Shown here one piece after another: positions 1-4,367 of a DNA stretch of 4,367 nt. The DNA is from a virus (taxonomy: Duplodnaviria > Heunggongvirae > Uroviricota > Caudoviricetes): positions 1 through 4,367 of the IMG/VR virus record IMGVR_UViG_2711768068_000016; one strand, given 5' to 3'. A program made the position numbers and the translations under genes. Position 1 is the stretch's first letter. Each line of letters starts with the position of its first letter. The notes below the pieces were generated by a model, which did no database searches, had not been told where the DNA came from, and saw nothing but the letters and a program-made list of their open reading frames with translations.

Positions 1-1761
1 TTCGTTACGCCGCTTTTTGTTATCCCACAGCAGACGCATCTTTCCTTTTTCCCACTTCTCCACAAGCTCTTCCGCGACCAGTTGCTGCGCCTCTGTCTGC
101 GAAAAAATCTCCGGATCATCAGGAAAACGGATGGCATACGACGTGGCTTCATCCGCAGGAGTGGGATCGGCTTTCATACGGGCATAGAGAATTTCTTTTG
201 CGGTGTCCGTCCCCACTTCACACAGATACACGCCCCGCTGATTGCGGGTTTTCGGCATGGTGATCACCGGCTTGCCATAGACAGATGCGCCTTTTACCGG
301 CAGCACCCGGAAAACACCGTGTTTTTTTGACCTCTGATAGACAATTTCACCATCGATCCCCCCGGTGTCCCAGCAGACACGGGAAATGGTCATTTCGGTT
401 CCGTCTGCATGGCAGTATTTTTTGTTGATCGCCGCATCCACACGTAACAGCGTCTCTTCCTCATCGGGACGGCCCATAATGATGATTTTATCCACCAGAA
501 AGGCTTCCTCTCCCGGTGCCCATCCCCAGACATACATCTCAAAACGGTTTCGCTGCGAGTCAATGCCCGCCGTCAGATAAACCACCCGGGCAGGCACCGC
601 CGCCGTGTAACGCACCACCTTATCCATCAGTACCTGGTGATCGAGTTTTTCGCCCACGGCCTCTTCCCAGGTCTCGCCCAGCGTGGTGTTCACAAAGGTT
701 TTCAGGCCGTTGGGATCTTTCAGTGCATCCAGCCAGTCATAGACTATCTGTATCCAGGTGGTGAACGGACTGTACGCCGTCCAGATATGGAACGTGATGG
801 AGCGCGGCGGCGGAATTTCATCCCCCCGGGCGCTGAAAAACATCAGGCCGTCACGGGTCCACATACCCGTGTTTTCACAGATCCAGCGCCCGTTACTCTG
901 GTCAAGCTCAGACTGATGGATCACGCAGCCATGATGTTCACAGAGGTAGAAAACGCTTTCGGGGCTGTCCTTCTCCCATTTAAGGCCAAAAGGCGTGGAT
1001 TCATCGCCAAATTTCAGATACTGCGCCTCCTCACAGTGCGGGCAGGGCACATAGAAACGCATGAAATGCGCCGACTCGTTGGCCGCTTTTTCGATCTGGC
1101 AGGTACCTTTGATTTTAGGCGTCGAGCCGCGAATGGATTTTGGCCATACAGAGCCCTCAATACGCTTATCCCCCAGCAGGGTTGGCGAGCCCTCTTTTTC
1201 GACATCCGGCTCGAACGAGGAAAGCTCGTCATAGCAGACCACGTCCACGGATTTTTCACGGTAGTTTTTGGCGGCTGCACCGCCCAGGCACCAGAAACCG
1301 ACGCCCGATGAAAAGCGTTTCAGCGTGAGAGTATTGTCACGATGTTTACGACCCAGCCATGGGGAAAGGTCTTTCAGGCATGGCACGTTCCGAATCGTCG
1401 CCTCCACGTGAGACTTCATAAAATCTTCAGCGGCAGAATCCGTGGGCTGAAAAAGCAGACTGTTTCGGGATTTATGCTCAATAAAATACCCGGCGACTCC
1501 CAGCAACATCTTTGTATAGCCAACACGGGCAGATTTAATCAGATTAACAGTGCGGATCTGATCATTCCCCATACTGTTCATGATGGCGATCTGGAACGGC
1601 AGCGTTTTCCATTCTCCCTCACCATATGAGGATTCTTTCGGCAGATAATAATACTGGTCAGCCCATTCAACTGCCGTCATCGGTACAACCCTGACCAGAG
1701 GCTGCAGCGCAACCGAAACGGCGGCCACCATATTATTCAGTTGTTGCTCTGATATATTCAT
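1..1761 (-). CDS. A: Phage terminase large subunit (lambda gpA-like), N-terminal ~587 codons; C-terminus lies beyond window position 1
   Basis: The minus-strand frame is open from ATG 1761-1759 to the window edge with no stop; the ORF track lists no closed ORF here, consistent with the stop lying outside the window. By-eye translation starts MNISEQQLNNMVAAVSVALQPLVRVVPMTAVEWADQYYYLPKESSYGEGEWKTLPFQIAIMNSMGNDQIRTVNLIKSARVGYTKMLLGV and ends LVEKWEKGKMRLLWDNKKRRNE at position 1. This is colinear with my recollection of lambda gpA (MNISNSQVNRLRHF...TAVEWADANYYLPKESAYQEGRWETLPFQRAIMNAMG...KSARVGYSKMLLGV...KKRRNEALDCF). Walker-A-like KSARVGYT and Walker-B-like VVCYDE motifs are present. Plus-strand ORFs at 82-1629 are antisense shadows of this gene. 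Confidence 0.93.
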   Translation of the reverse strand, partial: MNISEQQLNNMVAAVSVALQPLVRVVPMTAVEWADQYYYLPKESSYGEGEWKTLPFQIAIMNSMGNDQIRTVNLIKSARVGYTKMLLGVAGYFIEHKSRNSLLFQPTDSAAEDFMKSHVEATIRNVPCLKDLSPWLGRKHRDNTLTLKRFSSGVGFWCLGGAAAKNYREKSVDVVCYDELSSFEPDVEKEGSPTLLGDKRIEGSVWPKSIRGSTPKIKGTCQIEKAANESAHFMRFYVPCPHCEEAQYLKFGDESTPFGLKWEKDSPESVFYLCEHHGCVIHQSELDQSNGRWICENTGMWTRDGLMFFSARGDEIPPPRSITFHIWTAYSPFTTWIQIVYDWLDALKDPNGLKTFVNTTLGETWEEAVGEKLDHQVLMDKVVRYTAAVPARVVYLTAGIDSQRNRFEMYVWGWAPGEEAFLVDKIIIMGRPDEEETLLRVDAAINKKYCHADGTEMTISRVCWDTGGIDGEIVYQRSKKHGVFRVLPVKGASVYGKPVITMPKTRNQRGVYLCEVGTDTAKEILYARMKADPTPADEATSYAIRFPDDPEIFSQTEAQQLVAEELVEKWEKGKMRLLWDNKKRRNE

Positions 1762-2239
1762 CCAGCAAATCCGGTAATTTATCCCCTGCCCGCGCACACT
1801 GATTTGCGCCCTTTGCAATAAGGGTTTTCAGATGGTCAATATGACGTGGCGTTAAATCCGGGAACTGTCGCTGCATGGATAACGGAATGGAATCAAGCGT
1901 ACTGGACAATGCCATCGCCAGTTTGCTGAGGGCGAAAACGCAGAAGTCTGAATCGATGAGCTTACCTTCGGTTACCTGATTTTTAAGTTTTTGAGCTACA
2001 GCCTGTTCTTCTGTCAGTTCAGCTCTGGCCCGAAGCAGCCTTTCCTCCAGTTCTCCCCCGTCATCAGGTGTTCTCTGATTGTGTTGTCGCCGCTCGCGAT
2101 CTATCTCCAGTACAGTTTTAACGTCATATAAAACTTCCCTCCCCCGACGTTCAACAGGAGGAACGCCCCATTTATCAAATGCCTGAACAGAGATACCGAT
2201 GGAGGAGGCCATATCACTTTTATTCAATAAAAAGGCCAT
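1733..2239 (-). CDS. nu1: Phage terminase small subunit (lambda Nu1-like DNA-packaging protein)
   Basis: Track ORF 1733-2344 (minus) translates to ...GREVLYD...AVAQKLKNQ...DFCVFALSKLAMALSSTLDSIPLSMQRQFPDLTPRHIDHLKTLIAKG...DLLDEYIRATTE, matching recalled lambda Nu1 (NEVLYD...AQELKN...AFCTFVLSRIAGEIASILDGLPLSVQRRFPELENRHVDFLKRDIIKA...GLLSEYIEQSG). Start placed at ATG 2239-2237 (MAFLLNKSDMASSIG...) because GGAGAGGAG lies immediately upstream and it aligns with the lambda N-terminus MEVNKKQLADIFG. In-frame ATGs at 2257 and 2344 are alternatives, but the 2344 extension would read through the cosB repeats. Stop TAA at 1735-1733. Confidence 0.88.
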   Translation of the reverse strand: MAFLLNKSDMASSIGISVQAFDKWGVPPVERRGREVLYDVKTVLEIDRERRQHNQRTPDDGGELEERLLRARAELTEEQAVAQKLKNQVTEGKLIDSDFCVFALSKLAMALSSTLDSIPLSMQRQFPDLTPRHIDHLKTLIAKGANQCARAGDKLPDLLDEYIRATTE

Positions 2240-2271
2240 CTCCTCTCCATAAGTCATCGATAAAAAGCGAA

Positions 2272-2280
2272 ACAACAACC
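2272..2280 (+). repeat. cosB R-like element copy 1 (ACAACAACC), nearest the Nu1 start
   Basis: Exact 9-mer; extended match AAACAACAACC at 2270-2280, shared with copy 3. Confidence 0.55.
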
Positions 2281-2349
2281 ATGTGTTTTTGCAAAACCAT
2301 TTGATATCATTGATATTTTTCGCATTGACGACATCAAAACACATCGTAA

Positions 2350-2358
2350 GGTTGTTGT
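2350..2358 (-). repeat. cosB R-like element copy 2 (GGTTGTTGT on plus strand, i.e. ACAACAACC inverted)
   Basis: Exact reverse complement of the 9-mer, lying between the two direct copies. Confidence 0.55.
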
Positions 2359-2408
2359 ATTTATTTTATTTTCACCTTACTTATCAATTAGATATACCAA
2401 ACAATTAA

Positions 2409-2417
2409 ACAACAACC
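2409..2417 (+). repeat. cosB R-like element copy 3 (ACAACAACC), nearest cosN
   Basis: Exact 9-mer; extended match AAACAACAACC at 2407-2417. It lies about 40 nt from cosN, comparable to lambda R3. Confidence 0.55.
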
Positions 2418-2455
2418 ACCCCCTCAAAAAATCTCATAAATAGTGAAAACGCGCG

Positions 2456-2467
2456 AGGTCGCCGCCC
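2456..2467. other. cosN core: 12-nt cohesive-end sequence AGGTCGCCGCCC (reverse complement of the lambda left-end overhang GGGCGGCGACCT)
   Basis: Exact 12-mer seen in sequence. The flank toward Nu1 (rev-comp CGCGCGTTTTCACTATTTATGAGATTTTTT) closely resembles the recalled lambda left end (CGCGGGTTTTCGCTATTTATGAAAATTTT). The flank on the other side (2468-2660, cgtaaccggtcggatcgccggaaaggacccg...) closely resembles the recalled lambda right end (CGTAACCTGTCGGATCACCGGAAAGGACCCG...). The site lies at the expected position immediately upstream of Nu1. Confidence 0.85.
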
Positions 2468-2660
2468 CGTAACCGGTCGGATCGCCGGAAAGGACCCGCA
2501 AAATGATAATAATTATCATCTACATGTCACAACGTGCATCTACGCCATCAAACCACGTCAAATAATCAATTATGACGCAGGTATCGTATTAATTGATCTG
2601 CATCAAATTAACGTAAAAGCAACTTCAGATAATACAAATCAGCAACACTGAATATGGGGC
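2468..2660. other. Lambda right-end-like non-coding DNA adjacent to cosN (expected to contain cosQ)
   Basis: By recollection, about 90 percent nucleotide identity to the lambda right-terminal about 200 bp (…GATAATGATTATCATCTACATATCACAACGTGCG…CAAATAATCAATTATGACGCAGGTATCGTATTAATTGATCTGCATCAACTTAACG…). No ORF present. Confidence 0.7.
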
Positions 2661-2666
2661 AACATT

Positions 2667-2891
2667 ATGTCATCAAAGAACAGAACCCGCAGAACAACAA
2701 CCCGCAACATCCGATTTCCAAACCAGATGATTGAACAAATTAACATCGCTCTTGATCTGAAAGGTTCAGGAAATTTTTCAGCGTGGGTTATTGAAGCCTG
2801 CAGAAGAAGATTAATTAATGAAAAATATTCTCAATTTGTACCCAACAAAGACAAACACGACCAGAGCACCTGTTCAGACAGGTTTACTTAA
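2667..2891 (+). CDS. ylcI: Small DUF3950 / YlcI-YnfO family protein (lambda orf-64 homolog), putative ribbon-helix-helix DNA-binding protein
   Basis: 74-aa ORF MSSKNRTRRTTTRNIRFPNQMIEQINIALDLKGSGNFSAWVIEACRRRL... The first ~50 residues are nearly identical to the recalled lambda right-end ORF / E. coli YlcI (MSTKNRTRRTTTRNIRFPNQMIEQINIALEQKGSGNFSAWVIEACRRRL...). The pattern, a short beta-strand followed by two helices, is RHH-like. Stop TAA at 2889-2891. Confidence 0.8.
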   Translation: MSSKNRTRRTTTRNIRFPNQMIEQINIALDLKGSGNFSAWVIEACRRRLINEKYSQFVPNKDKHDQSTCSDRFT

Positions 2892-2908
2892 ACGACTTAT
2901 ATATGACA

Positions 2909-2937
2909 CAAAAAGCGACCACTAAAGTCGCTTTTTC
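2909..2937. terminator. Putative bidirectional Rho-independent terminator between the convergent ylcI-like and PerC-like genes
   Basis: Hairpin AAAAAGCGAC-cactaaa-GTCGCTTTTT: GC core stem GCGAC/GTCGC at 2915-2919 and 2927-2931, A-tract 2910-2914 on one side and T-tract 2932-2936 on the other, so it reads as stem plus U-tract in both directions. It sits 18 nt after the plus-strand gene stop and 36 nt after the minus-strand gene stop. Confidence 0.5.
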
Positions 2938-2972
2938 TTATGGTAACAGGCAATAACGCTCTCAGATATTTT

Positions 2973-3287
2973 TTAGCATTTTTTTGACCGCGCGTTTCCG
3001 GACGTATTCTGTTCTCCTGTCCCTTTATATCGTCGGAATACCCGCCGCTCTTCAAATCCCATTCCCAACTCAGAATGTAGTCTGTTGACCGCTTGTTTTA
3101 TTTCGGTCAGGTTCACCGGTGAAACCGGAGTCCGGCGCGCCTTACGCAAACACTCTGCTCGTTTCTGTGCCGCCACTTTTCTTTTCTGGTCATCACTTAG
3201 CTGTACCATCACTTTTGCCCATCGTTCAGCTGCTCTCCGGTACAGTCCTTTTTTCTCCAGACATTCTGCCAGGTGATCATGTAGCAT
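2973..3287 (-). CDS. PerC-family transcriptional regulator (Pch/YfdN-like prophage moron)
   Basis: 104-aa ORF MLHDHLAECLEKKGLYRRAAERWAKVMVQLSDDQKRKVAAQKRAECLRKARR... carrying the LExKGLYRRAAxRW signature I associate with the PerC family (EPEC PerC, O157 Pch proteins, K-12 YfdN). Good RBS: GGAGG 6 nt upstream of ATG 3287. Stop TAA at 2975-2973. Confidence 0.82.
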   Translation of the reverse strand: MLHDHLAECLEKKGLYRRAAERWAKVMVQLSDDQKRKVAAQKRAECLRKARRTPVSPVNLTEIKQAVNRLHSELGMGFEERRVFRRYKGTGEQNTSGNARSKKC

Positions 3288-3750
3288 AAGTAACCTCCGT
3301 TTATCTACAGACTGCCATCCTGAATTTACCGTCCTTAATAAGACAACAATAAAAAACTAATTATATAAAAACAATAAAAATAATATACAAAAAAACTAAA
3401 CAACAAAGAAAAGCAAATCATATCTGGCATTTTAATTGAAAGAGCAATTACCGAACAAAAGACGCTGACTATATACTCAAAACCAAACAACAATTCTGCC
3501 AATCAGGTATCATGGCAACACACGGAATTACCATGTTTTTGCCTTCTCTGCCCATACAATACGGGCATATACTTCATACTCTATTGTAATATTTCTATCC
3601 ATGCGCCCCACTCCATTTACCTGTAAATAATATTCAAAATATTTATCACAGAAATCGTTTTTGGCCATGAACTGAGCACACTATAAAGTCCGGAACTGAC
3701 TCTTTGTTAAATTACCTTAACGTTACCAGTAACACCTTCATAACAAAACA
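3288..3750 (-). promoter_or_regulatory. AT-rich non-coding island: presumed promoter/long leader of the PerC-like gene and region downstream of the Rz stop
   Basis: About 460 bp with no ORF of 60 codons or more in any frame. Extremely A-rich on the plus strand (e.g. 3340-3420 aataaaaaactaattatataaaaacaataaaaataatatacaaaaaaactaaacaacaaagaaaag). GC content is far below the flanking genes. No specific -35/-10 could be assigned with confidence. Confidence 0.4.
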
Positions 3751-4224
3751 TCACGGTATACACTGGGTACGGATATATTCCTGTGCTCCTTCCAGTTGCT
3801 TCTGCATTGCCATCAGCCGTTCTCTGAGGATGAAATAATCCCGTTCAGCGGCTTCTGCCAGTCGGGGACCGGTTGCATTATCCACGCCGGAGGTGATGGG
3901 GGCTTTACGCAAGGAGCCTGGACAGTTGGCGTTGATGCGCAGGCGCTTACGACCAGCGGCAACATCAGCACGCAGAGTTTCATTTTCAGCTCTCGCATCG
4001 GCTAATTCCCTCGAGTATCTGGCATCAAGTGCAGCAACATCACGCTGGCGCTGCTGCATATCAGTAATGGTTGCATTTGCCAGCTCCAGCTCACTGACTT
4101 TTTTATCGCGCTGCTCTTTGTAGGTTATGGCGTTATCGCGGTAATGATTCAGCCCCAGACTAAGCGCACCACAGACCACCAGCAGAATAACGGTAAACGC
4201 GGAAAGCATTCGGTTTATGCTCAC
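3751..4224 (-). CDS. rz: Rz i-spanin (inner-membrane spanin subunit), lambda Rz-like
   Basis: 157-aa ORF MSINRMLSAFTVILLVVCGALSLGLNHYRDNAITYKEQRDK...DVAALDARYSRELADARAENETLRADVAAGRKRL...SGVDNATGPRLAEAAERDYFILRERLMAMQKQLEGAQEYIRTQC, colinear with recalled lambda Rz (…AVNHYRDNAITYKAQRDKN…DVAALDAKYTKELADAKAENDALRDDVAAGRRRL…ASGVDNAASPRLADTAERDYFTLRERLITMQKQLEGTQKYINEQCR). N-terminal TM helix present. GTG start at 4224 overlaps the stop of the upstream ORF (GTGA), as ATGA does in lambda R/Rz. Confidence 0.93.
   Translation of the reverse strand: MSINRMLSAFTVILLVVCGALSLGLNHYRDNAITYKEQRDKKVSELELANATITDMQQRQRDVAALDARYSRELADARAENETLRADVAAGRKRLRINANCPGSLRKAPITSGVDNATGPRLAEAAERDYFILRERLMAMQKQLEGAQEYIRTQCIP
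3813..3998 (-). CDS. rz1: Rz1 o-spanin (outer-membrane lipoprotein spanin subunit), embedded out of frame within Rz
   Basis: 61-aa ORF MRELKMKLCVLMLPLVVSACASTPTVQAPCVKPPSPPAWIMQPVPDWQKPLNGIISSSENG: signal peptide with lipobox (VVSAC), proline-rich mature region. Matches recalled lambda Rz1 (MLKLKMMLCVMMLPLVVVGCTSK…CVKPPPPPAWIMQPPPDWQTPLNGIISPSERG). Entirely nested in the Rz gene in a different frame. Confidence 0.9.
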   Translation of the reverse strand: MRELKMKLCVLMLPLVVSACASTPTVQAPCVKPPSPPAWIMQPVPDWQKPLNGIISSSENG

Positions 4225-4367
4225 CCCACCAGCCCTGCCGAAGTCAACGCCATCCAGGCCATGGAAAGAAAAAGAGCAACCAGCATTAGTGAAAATGAAA
4301 TGCCGACAAGTACACAGAGGCTCTTCACCAGCGTTATGAGTTTATCTGATATCATTAGCCACCCCAT
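4221..4367 (-). CDS. Partial ORF encoding a hydrophobic, probably membrane-spanning C-terminus (48 codons visible; start at or beyond the window edge); unclassified lysis-cassette member
   Basis: Minus-strand frame from the window edge: MGWLMISDKLITLVKSLCVLVGISFSLMLVALFLSMAWMALTSAGLVG, ending at TGA 4223-4221, which overlaps the Rz GTG start. The ATG at 4367-4365 is in frame but the ORF may extend beyond the window. The sequence is not lambda R-like (lambda R ends ...GGTVREIDV). Confidence 0.45.
   Translation of the reverse strand: MGWLMISDKLITLVKSLCVLVGISFSLMLVALFLSMAWMALTSAGLVG

Larger units (their letters stand above)
2240..2455 (-). promoter_or_regulatory. cosB-like terminase small-subunit binding region between cosN and the Nu1 start
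   Basis: Position is equivalent to lambda cosB. It contains three copies of the 9-mer ACAACAACC (two direct, one inverted) at lambda-equivalent distances from cosN, roughly 51, 110 and 188 nt. The region is AT-rich and non-coding. Confidence 0.6.

Noticed and set aside
1014-1280. Minus-strand 88-aa ORF in an alternative frame
   Set aside because: Arginine-rich translation with no recognisable family, fully inside the terminase large subunit gene on the same strand; out-of-frame artefact.
82-1629. Seven plus-strand ORFs from the track (82-330, 365-580, 516-764, 637-1311, 1140-1328, 1342-1629 and neighbours), up to 224 aa
   Set aside because: All lie antisense to the gpA-like terminase frame, which is open and strongly lambda-like across the whole span. 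Their translations are low-complexity (R/P/G-rich) and recall no known family. Shadow ORFs of a GC-rich gene.
2240-2344. Upstream extension of the Nu1-like ORF to ATG 2344 (MCFDVVNAKNINDIKWFCKNTWLLFRFLS...)
   Set aside because: The extension overlies the cosB repeat elements, has no RBS, and adds residues with no counterpart in lambda Nu1; ATG 2239 has GGAGAGGAG upstream and aligns with the lambda N-terminus.
2380-2395. IHF-like sequence TATCAATTAGATA between cosB repeat copies
   Set aside because: Matches the ATCAA core but not the downstream TTR of the WATCAANNNNTTR consensus on either strand; cannot be called an I1-equivalent site from sequence alone.
2600-2666. Possible sigma-70 promoter (GATAAT around 2628-2633) upstream of the ylcI-like gene
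   Set aside because: No acceptable -35 hexamer at 16-18 bp spacing; AT-rich DNA gives many spurious -10 matches.
3085-3276. Plus-strand 63-aa ORF
   Set aside because: Antisense to the PerC-like gene, which has a strong RBS and family signature; no start context or homology.
3549-3567. Hairpin TGCCC-atacaatac-GGGCA
   Set aside because: 5-bp stem with a 9-nt loop and no flanking U-tract in either direction; not a convincing terminator or structured RNA.
3512-3589. 25-codon plus-strand ORF (MATHGITMFLPSLPIQYGHILHTLL) and an overlapping 24-codon antisense ORF in the AT-rich tract
   Set aside because: Too short to distinguish from chance in AT-rich DNA, weak RBS, no recognisable motif; mentioned only as something ribosome profiling could test.
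3796-4123. Plus-strand ORFs 3796-4005 and 3893-4123
   Set aside because: Antisense to Rz/Rz1, whose frames are clearly lambda-like; low-complexity translations.
1-4367. Search for CRISPR repeats, tRNA/rRNA genes, IS inverted repeats or att sites
   Set aside because: No regularly spaced direct repeats, no cloverleaf-compatible tRNA-like segment, no transposase ORF; the only repeat family is the cosB 9-mer triad.

Overview
This window spans the packaging/lysis junction of a lambda-like (lambdoid) phage or prophage, read in inverted orientation relative to the usual lambda map. All calls rest on by-eye translation and on lambda/E. coli prophage sequences recalled from memory; no search was run. 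From left to right: (1) terminase large subunit, gpA-like, minus strand 1-1761, C-terminus beyond the window edge; (2) terminase small subunit, Nu1-like, minus strand 1733-2239, overlapping gpA by 29 nt; (3) a complete cos site, with the lambda 12-nt cohesive-end sequence at 2456-2467, lambda right-end-like DNA at 2468-2660, and a cosB region carrying three copies of ACAACAACC; (4) a small plus-strand gene 2667-2891 resembling lambda orf-64 / YlcI; (5) a putative bidirectional terminator; (6) a PerC-family regulator gene, minus strand 2973-3287; (7) a roughly 460 bp strongly AT-rich non-coding island, 3288-3750; (8) the Rz/Rz1 spanin pair, minus strand, Rz1 embedded out of frame in Rz; (9) a partial hydrophobic ORF at the right edge. 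I see no tRNA, rRNA, CRISPR array or IS element, and no recognisable defence system. The most unusual content is accessory: the PerC-like regulator with its AT-rich island where lambda carries bor/lambdap78, the diverged cosB/Nu1 specificity elements beside a lambda-identical cosN, and a non-endolysin-like membrane ORF abutting Rz.
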